Sequence record: PX930853.1
From: a phage
Direction: 5' to 3' (one strand)
Length of the DNA stretch: 51,150 nt
The notes under the pieces are model-generated. The model was not told the DNA's origin, searched no databases, and saw only the letters and a list, made by a program, of their open reading frames with translations. Positions 27,739 to 36,360 of this stretch are shown in pieces; position 1 is the first letter of the stretch, and each line of letters starts with the position of its first letter. The position numbers and the translations under genes were made by a program.

Positions 27739-28265
27739 TAAAGTTGCTCCAGAATATCAATCACAGCCTCTTTCACCTCATCGGCAGTTACTGCGTCAAT
27801 GCTTGCATTAGCTGCCGCGCTCGCTTCAACGCTCACTGTTGCTGGCTTCTCTACTCCGATCTCTTTACCGATAAATCCAGAATTAATCATGTTATTTGCC
27901 GCAAGCTGGAATTTTTGCTCGTAAATTACTTTATCAACAAACTCCATCACATCGCAGAATCCAGGCTCTTTACGCCATTTGCTTACGGCAGCCTCAGTAA
28001 CGCCGAGATACAAGCTGAATCCGTTAACCGTGAAAACGCGAGGCTTGTAAACTCTGCTCTCGTACACGTCACCATGAAAGGAAGCAGTTTCAGCCGCCTG
28101 GATGTGATTCTCTTCGGCCCAAGTGAAATAGCGGATCGCCATATCAAAAACCTGTTCCGGCGTGTACTTGTGGCGGTTATTTAGCGTGACAATATCGCCA
28201 TAAGTTTTATTGTATAACTCTTTGAAATTTAATGCCTTTACAGCAGGCTCAACATTTTTAGCCAT
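27738..28265 (-). CDS. terminase small subunit, putative
   Basis: 175-aa ORF with AAAGGAGG RBS immediately upstream of large subunit. Confidence 0.6.
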   Translation of the reverse strand: MAKNVEPAVKALNFKELYNKTYGDIVTLNNRHKYTPEQVFDMAIRYFTWAEENHIQAAETASFHGDVYESRVYKPRVFTVNGFSLYLGVTEAAVSKWRKEPGFCDVMEFVDKVIYEQKFQLAANNMINSGFIGKEIGVEKPATVSVEASAAANASIDAVTADEVKEAVIDILEQL

Positions 28266-28315
28266 TATTAATCCTCCTTTGGTTAGATGCCTGATTATAC
28301 CAGACAACGGGCAAT

Positions 28316-28345
28316 AAAAAACCCGCCGTGCGGCGGGTAATTTTT
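28316..28345. terminator. bidirectional hairpin terminator upstream of packaging genes
   Basis: CCCGCCG...CGGCGGG dyad flanked by A6 and T5. Confidence 0.55.
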
Positions 28346-28568
28346 AAGCTGTATATTTTACTTTTCCATCTTTGGCTCGAATGGAATTTAGGATCTTGCT
28401 GCCGATCATCAGGTATTGACCACGTACAAGCCATTTCTTTTGTTTTTCGCTCCAGATTGCAGAAGCGTACCAGCCTTTATTGATCACGAACTTATAAGCA
28501 AGGCGCATGACAACGGAAAAGATAATGATAGCCATGATAAAACCAATGCAGAAAGATAATGCGATCAT
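28344..28568 (-). CDS. small membrane protein (one predicted TM helix)
   Basis: 74-aa ORF; hydrophobic N-terminus IALSFCIGFIMAIIIFSVVM. Confidence 0.45.
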   Translation of the reverse strand: MIALSFCIGFIMAIIIFSVVMRLAYKFVINKGWYASAIWSEKQKKWLVRGQYLMIGSKILNSIRAKDGKVKYTA

Positions 28569-28732
28569 TGTAAAGCCCTCACAAGGTTAATTGAAAATTG
28601 ATGTGTTTCAGGATTAGCGCCCGATTGCTCTTTTGCTTTTGCTACTGCTTCCAGTTCATCAAGAGCATCAACTACGCATTCATATTCCTGTTTGCATGAT
28701 TGGCAATTACGCCCCATTCGCCGGATCGTCAT
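28565..28732 (-). CDS. hypothetical Cys-rich small protein (start uncertain)
   Basis: ORF track 28565..28831; start trimmed to internal Met to limit overlap with 28707..28940. Confidence 0.3.
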   Translation of the reverse strand: MTIRRMGRNCQSCKQEYECVVDALDELEAVAKAKEQSGANPETHQFSINLVRALQ

Positions 28733-28940
28733 CTTTACTTTGTAATTCATCAGCGACAACCTCACGCTTAATGCTGGTAATGTTGTGAATCGGATAAGCA
28801 ACATTGCCGATAGAAATGCAAGTTTCGTCACCGTCTAGCTGATCCTCTGTAACTTCTACCGTAAAGCATTTAACAAAGCTCTTGAGGAAAGGATGAATAA
28901 CGGTATCACGGAAAGAAACAGTTAATTTGTATTTAATCAT
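28707..28940 (-). CDS. hypothetical protein (77 aa)
   Basis: ORF track; overlaps alternative ORF 28565..28831. Confidence 0.3.
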   Translation of the reverse strand: MIKYKLTVSFRDTVIHPFLKSFVKCFTVEVTEDQLDGDETCISIGNVAYPIHNITSIKREVVADELQSKDDDPANGA

Positions 28941-29101
28941 TTTGGATCCCCATTAAAAAGGCGATACATCTTACGGATTATTTTGCAATGCAAAAACCTC
29001 CTGCATATCGCCGTTGTTGTGTGACTATCGCGTCACGCGTTCGGACTAAGCCGCTCTTATGTAAACGACGCCATGCTAACCAATCAGGAAAGAGTTGTCA
29101 A

Positions 29102-29353
29102 TCATTCCCTGTCGAAAGCGTTCCCCCAACGTCCGCGCAAGTAACCACATAGCCAAATGAATTGAGTGATCGTCAACATTGGCGCGATTGGCTGGTAGTG
29201 TTCTGCAATGATGCCCTTCATTACTTCATCAACATACTTCCAGCGCTTTTCCACATCCGCTTTCATCGCCTCGCCGCACTTTTTAGCCTGGCGTTTAGCT
29301 GCGTTGAATTGCGCCTCATTCATGCCGAACATCAGTATCCTCTCCCCTTCCAT
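29102..29353 (-). CDS. hypothetical early protein
   Basis: ORF track, start moved to ATG with GGAAGA/GGAGAGGA RBS context. Confidence 0.4.
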   Translation of the reverse strand: MEGERILMFGMNEAQFNAAKRQAKKCGEAMKADVEKRWKYVDEVMKGIIAEHYQPIAPMLTITQFIWLCGYLRGRWGNAFDRE

Positions 29354-29530
29354 TCTTCCGCAAGTTTGAAATAGTTCATAGCTTCTTCCACATCTCCGCG
29401 CTCCAGTGCCTCTTCTTGCTTCTCTTTGCACCACTGCGAAGGTTGTTTGTACTCATCCATTAAATCACCTTACCAGAAAAATAGCTCGTTAGAATGCGAT
29501 TGAGGCGCTCTAACGGCTATGCGTTTTTAA

Positions 29531-29845
29531 TTAAAAGCCGTCGAGAATCTCTCGAAAGTTGTTTAGCGTCTTAATTTTGGCCTTGTCCCACGTTACAGAT
29601 CCTGCGTCTTCCCACGGGGAACCAGGGCCGTGATTTGTCATATCATCAATCAAGCAAGAGATCTCATCAATAACAACATCTTTTAAATGCTCGCGGTACT
29701 CAATATCTTCTACAGGCTCAAAAGCCTGAATGACGCCGCCTAAAACCTGTTGCTGGGCCTTTGCCTTGTCCAAATCATCGTGGATGAAACGATGCTCTTT
29801 TTTGTTCTCGTTAGTTCCGATTTGGTAGTAGTGAATGTAAATCAT
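29531..29845 (-). CDS. hypothetical early protein
   Basis: ORF track; start at ATG overlapping upstream stop (ATGA-type coupling). Confidence 0.45.
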   Translation of the reverse strand: MIYIHYYQIGTNENKKEHRFIHDDLDKAKAQQQVLGGVIQAFEPVEDIEYREHLKDVVIDEISCLIDDMTNHGPGSPWEDAGSVTWDKAKIKTLNNFREILDGF

Positions 29846-30105
29846 AAACCTGATTCCTCCATAGTCTCGTTTATGCGCTTCCAGTTTTCGACTTGCTGAT
29901 CTCTGTATCCGTTCTCTCCGAACCATGCGGCAGTTTCCGCTTGCTCAGTCCCAGCAGGATCAAATGCGTGTTCTAGCTGGCTGAAAACTTCACGCGCCAC
30001 TGGCTCATAAATTTTAACTGTGGCCTGTAAACCGTCATTGTCTCGCCAACCGAAGGCCGACAACATAATGCGCGCTTGCTGCTCTGACAGGTTAATCGTG
30101 ATCAT
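29842..30105 (-). CDS. hypothetical early protein
   Basis: ORF track; overlapping stop/start with neighbours. Confidence 0.45.
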   Translation of the reverse strand: MITINLSEQQARIMLSAFGWRDNDGLQATVKIYEPVAREVFSQLEHAFDPAGTEQAETAAWFGENGYRDQQVENWKRINETMEESGL

Positions 30106-30314
30106 TCTTCTACTACCTCGCATTCGTCATGGTTAACACTAATATTGTCGCCAGCCTTGATAAACTCGCTGTTACGCGGCGCAATAACACAATAAGATCC
30201 GTCGCTGAAATGACCGTCAACTTCCAGCACATCACCAACAACCAAACCGCATTGCTCAAGAGTGATTGATCCGTCGCCGTTGATGGTGTCGATTTTGGTG
30301 ATTTTAATTTTCAT
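30102..30314 (-). CDS. hypothetical early protein (70 aa)
   Basis: ORF track; ~60 bp downstream of conserved box. Confidence 0.45.
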   Translation of the reverse strand: MKIKITKIDTINGDGSITLEQCGLVVGDVLEVDGHFSDGSYCVIAPRNSEFIKAGDNISVNHDECEVVEE

Positions 30315-30370
30315 TGCGCTTTCCTCTGTTTCGCTTCAATAAGGGCACTTTACCAAATGCCCTTGCGGAA

Positions 30371-30391
30371 GTTTTAACAAAAAGTGCTATT
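30371..30391 (-). promoter_or_regulatory. conserved intergenic box (minus orientation)
   Basis: Reverse complement AATAGCACTTTTTGTTAAAAC; followed by GC dyad AAGGGCA...TGCCCTT and TAAAGT. Confidence 0.4.
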
Positions 30392-30680
30392 AGCTCAGAT
30401 AGTAAAGCTCATCGCGAGCGAAGTCGTCAAAATCTCGCTGTGTCAGCGGTCGATCCTCTCGCGCAGCTTCCTCTATCATGTTGATCAAAAAGTCGCTCAT
30501 CGCTCCTAGTCCACCATCCGGCATATAGCAAGCTGCGAAAGCTCGCGCCCATGAACGAGCATTTTTGAATCCGGCGCGCTTCATTGTGACTGGCGAGTGT
30601 TTAGAGTCGTTCCACTTGTTACACTGCGCAATGTTTTCAAAAGCGTTAACCAGTAGTTTGCGGTAAGTTTTGTTTGCCAT
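30390..30680 (-). CDS. hypothetical early protein (96 aa)
   Basis: ORF track; ATG start. Confidence 0.5.
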   Translation of the reverse strand: MANKTYRKLLVNAFENIAQCNKWNDSKHSPVTMKRAGFKNARSWARAFAACYMPDGGLGAMSDFLINMIEEAAREDRPLTQRDFDDFARDELYYLS

Positions 30681-30760
30681 TTCAGATCCACTTATTTTTG
30701 TTTAAGTCCCATCAGCATCTTGCGAACGCCGTCCTTTTTCCCGTCAGAGTAGCCAGTAAT

Positions 30761-30874
30761 TTAACCAGCGGCAAAAACCATCAAGTTGCCCCAAAAGGCC
30801 ATAATGCCCTCATAGTTAATGGTTAAATGGCTACCGAAAAGTATCAGGAAAAGAATAATAATACCAGTTTTCAT
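30761..30874 (-). CDS. small hydrophobic peptide (37 aa), not in ORF track
   Basis: GAGGTGAAA RBS then ATG; MKTGIIILFLILFGSHLTINYEGIMAFWGNLMVFAAG. Confidence 0.3.
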   Translation of the reverse strand: MKTGIIILFLILFGSHLTINYEGIMAFWGNLMVFAAG

Positions 30875-30881
30875 TTTCACC

Positions 30882-31130
30882 TCAGTAACAATCATTAACG
30901 TGAATCAGCACGGAAAAACGACACTTGCGTAAGCGGTGGCGCTTCTTGACGTACATGTAAGCATCACTGTAATACTTAAATTCAGTGGCAATGATGCCGA
31001 AAAAGTCGTCTGTAACATAGTGCCAATTGCCGCCTAAGCTGCGTCGCTGCACATGATAAGTAGAACAGTCGCGGCAAAATACGATCCGGCATTCCGGCTT
31101 AAACAGTCGTTTCAATGCGTTAAAAACCAT
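30882..31130 (-). CDS. hypothetical Cys-rich protein (82 aa)
   Basis: ORF track; CRxxFCRDC...C motifs suggest metal binding. Confidence 0.45.
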   Translation of the reverse strand: MVFNALKRLFKPECRIVFCRDCSTYHVQRRSLGGNWHYVTDDFFGIIATEFKYYSDAYMYVKKRHRLRKCRFSVLIHVNDCY

Positions 31131-31229
31131 AGTAGCGCCCTCATGCTATAAAGAAAAAGTAGCATTGATAATACCGCAATCATTGCGGAATGAAAATCAA
31201 AAGGTGGCTTAGGATTCGTTGCGTTATTG

Positions 31230-31610
31230 TTATTTCCCAGCATTGCGCGCAATCCTCTTGTATCCATAGTAGAAATCATCGCCTACGCCACGGAATTTTA
31301 ACGCGTTACGCGCCAGGCGGCGGATTCGACGATTATCCAGTTTGCCGTAATTTATTGGCGCTTTAATCGTCTTGATTGGGCAGCCGCGATGATTAGTAAT
31401 TCGTTTAAGAGTTGCAACAATACCCTCAAGCGCACGGATAGCGAAGCCGTCGAATCCAAGATCTTTATTGATTAGATAGCCATTGATACCATGGATTCCG
31501 AACCTTTTGCTATCAACCTTAACAATCTGGCCCTTCTTCATTCCGCTATCTGGAATGGCATAAGTAACTAAGAATTTAGTGCCGACGCGGATTTTTCGGA
31601 TGTTAACCAT
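31230..31610 (-). CDS. hypothetical early protein (126 aa)
   Basis: ORF track. Confidence 0.5.
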   Translation of the reverse strand: MVNIRKIRVGTKFLVTYAIPDSGMKKGQIVKVDSKRFGIHGINGYLINKDLGFDGFAIRALEGIVATLKRITNHRGCPIKTIKAPINYGKLDNRRIRRLARNALKFRGVGDDFYYGYKRIARNAGK

Positions 31611-31665
31611 TGTGATTTCCTCTTGATTGTTGATGCGAGCATTATAGCGGGGCCGATAACCCCGC

Positions 31666-31686
31666 GTTTAGCAATTCGTGCTATTT
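31666..31686 (-). promoter_or_regulatory. degenerate copy of conserved box with GC dyad and TATAAT
   Basis: Minus strand AAATAGCACGAATTGCTAAAC then GCGGGG-TTATCGG-CCCCGC then TATAAT. Confidence 0.3.
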
Positions 31687-32271
31687 AATCTGTGTGTGCT
31701 TCCATTTGACTGCATTGACGATCTCGCTTACAGCCAGTTCCGGCTTGCCGTCCTGCAAGTGGAAGTCATAGTGATGAATTCGATAGTGATAACCGCTCAG
31801 GTCAATGTAGTCTCTCGAATCGCCAGCAAACGTGAAGCCGTCGCGATGCAATCGGCAAATATGCACTTCATGCCCTGCCTTAACCAGCGGATTGATTTCT
31901 TCGGGGAATCCGCCATCACTGATCACAACCGCCAAATCTCGGTACATCTCGTGAATCTCTTCAACCATTCGACGCCCGAAATAGTGATCCCCAAAAACTG
32001 GCTTCATTACATCCTCGCTAATCCAGATCATGAATTGTCGAGGTGACTTGCCGCCTAAGATAACTTGAGGCTTTTCTTTTTGTTCTCGGTCGTTGTACAG
32101 GTCCATAAATTCATCGTATCGGTACACGCCCAGCATGGAAAACGCAATATCGAACATCGGCTGTTTGAATGACGCCTTAACCGCTGGGTAACGATGGCCC
32201 GTTAGGTAAGCTGCAATAGTGTCCTTTCCACAACCAGGCGGCCCATTAAGGATAATAATGTCTCGTTTCAT
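31681..32271 (-). CDS. P-loop kinase, deoxynucleoside monophosphate kinase-like
   Basis: Walker A GPPGCGKDT at N-terminus (GKD-type P-loop); 196 aa. Confidence 0.55.
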   Translation of the reverse strand: MKRDIIILNGPPGCGKDTIAAYLTGHRYPAVKASFKQPMFDIAFSMLGVYRYDEFMDLYNDREQKEKPQVILGGKSPRQFMIWISEDVMKPVFGDHYFGRRMVEEIHEMYRDLAVVISDGGFPEEINPLVKAGHEVHICRLHRDGFTFAGDSRDYIDLSGYHYRIHHYDFHLQDGKPELAVSEIVNAVKWKHTQIK

Positions 32272-32273
32272 GA

Positions 32274-32426
32274 TTAATGATCTCCATAGCGAAAAATCGC
32301 ATTAAATTTTTTCCCGCGCTTCTTGTCTTCGTTGCGCTTCTTGCGTTGCTTTTTCACAAGCTCCACATGCTCATCGTACCCGCGACGCTTCTTTTTGGTA
32401 ATGATTTTCTCAAAGTTGCGCATCAT
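32274..32426 (-). CDS. small highly basic protein (50 aa), not in ORF track
   Basis: AAGGGGG RBS then ATGATG; MMRNFEKIITKKKRRGYDEHVELVKKQRKKRNEDKKRGKK... Confidence 0.3.
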   Translation of the reverse strand: MMRNFEKIITKKKRRGYDEHVELVKKQRKKRNEDKKRGKKFNAIFRYGDH

Positions 32427-32482
32427 TTCCCCCTTTAGGTTTTCTCAACATGGCGCACTGCATGAATGCGCCATAGCAAGAA

Positions 32483-32668
32483 TCACCAATCAAATTTCTG
32501 TTTGTCTCTGATGATCTCGTAAATTGCTAACCACACCCAAACAAACCAGAAAGCGAGAACCATTTTATCGTCCTTGTCTGTCGTGTCAGAATATTTCACC
32601 AACGCGCGGAACGTGAATAAGCCTGAAATGTAAAGAAAAACAACCAAAAAAGCAAGTAACCAAATCAT
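32483..32668 (-). CDS. small membrane protein (61 aa, two hydrophobic segments)
   Basis: ORF track; MIWLLAFLVVFLYISGLF and LAFWFVWVWLAIY segments. Confidence 0.45.
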   Translation of the reverse strand: MIWLLAFLVVFLYISGLFTFRALVKYSDTTDKDDKMVLAFWFVWVWLAIYEIIRDKQKFDW

Positions 32669-32928
32669 TTATTTTCTCCTTCTACTACCAGAGTGTAAAG
32701 CAGAACAGGCTCTACCATGTCGCGGCGGCGCGGCTCTCGTGGCGAATCTTGCCATGCACATTTCCCGTTTGCCACAACATGACCTACCAGGTCACTAAGT
32801 TTTGAGATTCCATCTCGACGGATAACGTTGTACCCAATATCCTTGCCGTCAATAGAATGGATCGCAAAGAAGCTAGGCGCGCAGTCGATAATGTCTACCG
32901 CTTTAAAAAATTCGATCTTGTTAGCCAT
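32665..32928 (-). CDS. hypothetical early protein (87 aa)
   Basis: ORF track; ~60 bp downstream of conserved box. Confidence 0.5.
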   Translation of the reverse strand: MANKIEFFKAVDIIDCAPSFFAIHSIDGKDIGYNVIRRDGISKLSDLVGHVVANGKCAWQDSPREPRRRDMVEPVLLYTLVVEGENK

Positions 32929-32983
32929 GATTTAATCCTCGTTTGTTGTTGATGGGCTTACTATACCGCAAGCCCGTTGAGAT

Positions 32984-33005
32984 GTTTTAACAAAAAGTGC
33001 TATTT
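32984..33005 (-). promoter_or_regulatory. conserved intergenic box (minus orientation)
   Basis: Reverse complement AAATAGCACTTTTTGTTAAAAC; GGGCTT...AAGCCC dyad and TATAGT 22 nt after TTGTTA. Confidence 0.4.
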
Positions 33006-33152
33006 CTTAATACATAGCGTGTGAGTGTACGCATAAAACCTGTTGTTGTTCTTGATCTGCTCTCGTGCCTCAATGCAAGATTGCTGGCTATTCATTTCGA
33101 TATGGTCAACGCCGCCATCAATCATAAGAATCAGCAAAATCCAGGTAGCCAT
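33000..33152 (-). CDS. small ORF (50 aa), not in ORF track
   Basis: GAGGTGAGAG RBS then ATG; MATWILLILMIDGGVDHIEMNSQQSCIEAREQIKNNNRFYAYTHTLCIKK. Confidence 0.25.
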   Translation of the reverse strand: MATWILLILMIDGGVDHIEMNSQQSCIEAREQIKNNNRFYAYTHTLCIKK

Positions 33153-33228
33153 CTCTCACCTCAATAAAATCTAAACAGGTAGGCAAACAATCCGATCCAT
33201 GCGGCGACGTGCGCCGCAGTGAGCAAAC

Positions 33229-34122
33229 TCAAATCTTCACCTTCCACTTAACCATCGTTCCGCGCTTGATGCTGATCTCACCTGCAACCGTACGGTTTTT
33301 AGCGCAGCCATAGTGAAGCAGGAGGATAACAACATCATCATGAATTTCGATCGTCTTTGGTGTAGCCGTTAATTCATACCATGTACCATCATCAAGCCGG
33401 ACTCCTTTTAGCGTGGCTGCAACTGGCATATCTTCAATTGCGCCCTGCGTTACGATTTCTTGATTTGCAAAGGCGCTCTTGTCAATACGCCAGCCTCCAG
33501 GTGCTTTCATTTCGGCAGCCGCTTTGTGGATCTCATCGCCAATGATTTTTTGAATTGACGTCTTACCGCCGCCGAATTGAGTTTCTCCAAATAAGTGTTT
33601 TGTAATATCTTCCACGTAATACACTTTATCTTTTTCGTTGTGCGGATTGTGTCTATTGTGACCATTGACAAAGAAATCAACTTTCAACTCTGATTTCGTA
33701 CCATCGCTATAAACGCCATTGCCGCGCGATGTGAATCGAATCGTTGAATTACCAACCGTGTAGAACGTGATCGGGTACTTGATATTGTCCACACTTAAGC
33801 ACCACGGCTTTTTGTAGTCGCATGTTTTCATATTGACCATCGGAATCTCTGCGCGTTCCGGCGATCGCACTGGCAACACCTGGCCTTTATATGGCTTGTA
33901 GTGGAAGCTGGTATATCCTGGCATTGCATAGCCATAGTCTTTAAGTGCGTTGTAGTGCGTATTGTGTGCATCAATAAAGTGTTCAATCTCCATTGTTGAT
34001 GGGCTTAGTTTGTCGCTATTCATATCAACCTTATGGCATGTTTTTGCATCGGTAAAAATGTAATGACCAATGACGCGAGATTCGAAGGTGATCGGGAATT
34101 TAATGTCAGCAAGTTTTAACAT
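33229..34122 (-). CDS. hypothetical protein (297 aa), largest unknown in leftward early region
   Basis: ORF track; no motif I can assign with confidence. Confidence 0.55.
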   Translation of the reverse strand: MLKLADIKFPITFESRVIGHYIFTDAKTCHKVDMNSDKLSPSTMEIEHFIDAHNTHYNALKDYGYAMPGYTSFHYKPYKGQVLPVRSPERAEIPMVNMKTCDYKKPWCLSVDNIKYPITFYTVGNSTIRFTSRGNGVYSDGTKSELKVDFFVNGHNRHNPHNEKDKVYYVEDITKHLFGETQFGGGKTSIQKIIGDEIHKAAAEMKAPGGWRIDKSAFANQEIVTQGAIEDMPVAATLKGVRLDDGTWYELTATPKTIEIHDDVVILLLHYGCAKNRTVAGEISIKRGTMVKWKVKI

Positions 34123-34201
34123 GGTGCTTTCTCCTGATTGGTTTAACTGGGCGACGCCGTGCCGCCCTATGTGATTTATTATGCCTGGTTATCGTTTTTG
34201 A

Positions 34202-34223
34202 GTTTTAACAAAAAGTGCTATTT
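34202..34223 (-). promoter_or_regulatory. conserved intergenic box (minus orientation)
   Basis: Reverse complement AAATAGCACTTTTTGTTAAAAC ~80 bp upstream of 33229..34122 start. Confidence 0.4.
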
Positions 34224-34407
34224 AGAATTTCACTTCTTCCACAAGCTCAACCATCTTGTAACCAAGACGATAAGAGTCACCGAACAACAAGATCCCCATA
34301 AATTCATCGTGGCTTATTGACTCTTTGCCAACCGTTCTAAGCTCTCCGTTGTGAATCACAGTATCGCCGATCTTGATTTCTGATTTATGGACTAATTTCG
34401 TTTTCAT
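34222..34407 (-). CDS. hypothetical early protein (61 aa)
   Basis: ORF track. Confidence 0.45.
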   Translation of the reverse strand: MKTKLVHKSEIKIGDTVIHNGELRTVGKESISHDEFMGILLFGDSYRLGYKMVELVEEVKF

Positions 34408-34422
34408 TTATTCACCTGCTAA

Positions 34423-34608
34423 TTAAAAGAAAGCTACATAGTTTGCAATGCCTTTGGCGTCGTCGTTTGGCATTGCTTTTACAGCCAGGTCATAACCTGC
34501 CTCTACCTTCTGCTTTGCTGCTTCTTCGTTGTAGCCCCAGATAACCAGGATTTTAACTACGTTTTCTTTGTTCAGGACTTTAAGGTCTTTGGTGATGCGA
34601 CGTGCCAT
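34423..34608 (-). CDS. hypothetical early protein (61 aa)
   Basis: ORF track; ~55 bp downstream of conserved box. Confidence 0.5.
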   Translation of the reverse strand: MARRITKDLKVLNKENVVKILVIWGYNEEAAKQKVEAGYDLAVKAMPNDDAKGIANYVAFF

Positions 34609-34664
34609 TTTTGTTTCCTCAATCTCGTTTCGATGAGGCTATTATGCCAGGCTTTGCGCCTGGC

Positions 34665-34686
34665 GTTTTAACAAAAAGTGCTATTT
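34665..34686 (-). promoter_or_regulatory. conserved intergenic box (minus orientation)
   Basis: Reverse complement AAATAGCACTTTTTGTTAAAAC followed by GCCAGGC-GCAAA-GCCTGGC dyad and CATAAT. Confidence 0.4.
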
Positions 34687-34953
34687 TGTCTCGACGGTCA
34701 TATGTTCTGTCTTCGTGCCTTTGCCGTTGCTTTTCGACACTTCCCAGCTAGTCGTTCCCTTGCAGTTGGTGAAGTAAACAGTGCGACCGTCATAGAATCG
34801 GTAAACAGTGCAACCATCGGCGGTGAATAGCTCCCTTACGCTGTAGTCATCGCCAGGGTTAGCCATCTGCACATTGCCAACATGCGCGCCATCCTCTTTG
34901 CATCCGGTCAGGAATGCCATTGCCACCAAAACACCGATTAACGCCTTTTTCAT
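34681..34953 (-). CDS. lipoprotein (second lipobox protein), function unknown
   Basis: MKKALIGVLVAMAFLTGC signal peptide with lipobox. Confidence 0.6.
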   Translation of the reverse strand: MKKALIGVLVAMAFLTGCKEDGAHVGNVQMANPGDDYSVRELFTADGCTVYRFYDGRTVYFTNCKGTTSWEVSKSNGKGTKTEHMTVETK

Positions 34954-35414
34954 TGCTCATCCTCCAGGAAAGTTTTTTTGATCATCGCGTGAAAGTCAGC
35001 GACGGCCTTTGATAATGTTTCATACTCTTCCGGAGCATAGTTTGCCAGGTTGGGTGACATATCGATGATCGCCTCTGCAACTTTGCGCTTGGCCTGGCGT
35101 ACTGCCCTTTCCAATGCCTCTTTGTTGTAAACCTTGCGACGGCCTTCAACAATGCGCACCTCGTAGAAAGTGCTACCGAAGTTTTCATCTTCCGGCCCGT
35201 AAACGCCACGGGTAACGGATACGCGCCCCCGCTCGGCGACTTCTGGCACTCGACTCATGATCTGGCGAATGTAGGCCGCCGGATTGCTTGCCGACTTCTT
35301 GCCGAACATGTGGACCTGCAAATACGCGTCAGGAATATTGATCGTCTCTTCCTCGCCATTAGCCAGCATAATAGCGGCACGGCGCAGCGTGTCAGTGAAT
35401 GATTGCTCGCTCAT
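34950..35414 (-). CDS. hypothetical protein, first gene of leftward early operon
   Basis: ORF track; start moved to ATG preceded by AGGAGG. Confidence 0.5.
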   Translation of the reverse strand: MSEQSFTDTLRRAAIMLANGEEETINIPDAYLQVHMFGKKSASNPAAYIRQIMSRVPEVAERGRVSVTRGVYGPEDENFGSTFYEVRIVEGRRKVYNKEALERAVRQAKRKVAEAIIDMSPNLANYAPEEYETLSKAVADFHAMIKKTFLEDEQ

Positions 35415-35614
35415 TTCTGCCTCCTGGTTGTTAGGTGTGGGCATTATCAATAATGCTATTTAATGTGTCAACTGTTTTTTCTTGTTCCAGCGTGTTTTAT
35501 CAATTTTATATGGTGGCACAATAACAATATGGGCGTTATTTTTCCTTATAAATCAATGTTATCATTGCTTGTTATCGAAGTTTTCTCGCGGAAAGTGCCA
35601 TATAGATATATATG

Positions 35615-35775
35615 CCCCTACATACCCATACACACATATAGATACACAAAAACTATATACCCCCACCAAATACCACAATAACCAAGATAACAAAAGAGAA
35701 TATATAGATACATATAAATAAATAATCCTTATTTTTCAATGTATTATATAGGTATTGTTTGTTATTTTTTGTTAT
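35615..35775. repeat. AC/AT-rich non-coding repeat, copy B (homologous to 6165..6335)
   Basis: Same ordered sequence blocks as copy A; both copies lie in divergent intergenic regions. Confidence 0.6.
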
Positions 35776-35889
35776 CGTATTTTGCGGAAGGTCAACAAAA
35801 GAACAGGTGGGAACGGAACATAACAACCACTGACAGCCAGGCGGAAAAGTGAGGCAAGAGGGGAAGGTTTCACTATCTCCCCTGCAATC

Positions 35890-35985
35890 AATGATTAAAC
35901 GTGATTACTTTCTCATCAAATTTGCAAATGCAATCATCATTTTGACGTGATTTGATTACGAATGATTACTTTTGATTATTTCTAT
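35890..35985. promoter_or_regulatory. phased GATTA(C) repeats and 10-bp palindrome ATTTGCAAAT (candidate operator/origin-like element)
   Basis: Five GATTA(C) units at ~10-11 bp spacing in two clusters; perfect palindrome near 35920. Confidence 0.3.
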
Positions 35986-36010
35986 CACAGTCCTGGCGCT
36001 AACCGTCAAA

Positions 36011-36029
36011 TGGCACTTTTTGTTAAAAC
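36011..36029 (+). promoter_or_regulatory. conserved intergenic box (TGGCAC variant) ~58 bp upstream of first rightward early gene
   Basis: TGGCACTTTTTGTTAAAAC. Confidence 0.4.
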
Positions 36030-36087
36030 TCAGGCCGTCTGATCGGGTACATTGCACACATCAAAACGAACCGCTCAGGAGATAGCA

Positions 36088-36360
36088 ATGAACATCAGCA
36101 AAACCACTTTCAACTTCGCTAAGCGTCACGGTCTGGATCTGACTGTTGAAGATTTTGGCGATGTTCTGCAACTCTGCATTTGTGAAGCAGATAACGATTG
36201 CGAGTGGCTTTGCTCTTATCGTATCAACTACGATTGCTTGACCTGGCACGGCAATATCTATCTGCCGCAAGAAGTGAAAGAAGAATTGCCAGCGACTATC
36301 AACAACGAGGTTTTCTTGCGTCAGGTGCTGAAATTTATCAGTGAGGAGATCAAGAAGTAA
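36088..36360 (+). CDS. hypothetical early protein (90 aa)
   Basis: AGGAG RBS then ATG 36088 (track ORF starts at upstream TTG). Confidence 0.5.
   Translation: MNISKTTFNFAKRHGLDLTVEDFGDVLQLCICEADNDCEWLCSYRINYDCLTWHGNIYLPQEVKEELPATINNEVFLRQVLKFISEEIKK

Noticed and set aside
28960-29010. Long inverted repeat GGCGATA...TATCGCC with 36-nt loop as terminator
   Set aside because: Loop too long and no adjacent T-run; a sigma70-like promoter (TTGACA-N17-TAGCAT on the minus strand near 29065-29095) is a better explanation for regulation in this gap.
31141-31180. Additional degenerate box-like sequence (AATGCTACTTTTTCTTTATAG on the minus strand)
   Set aside because: Several mismatches, and the hairpin and -10-like hexamer are in the opposite order to genuine copies; probably chance similarity.
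36011-36029. Sigma54-type promoter resemblance of the conserved box (TGGCAC...TTG)
   Set aside because: Only the 36011 copy has GG at the -24-like position (others read TAGCAC), and the spacing to the TTG element is ~3 nt rather than the 5 nt required; no GC at the -12 position.
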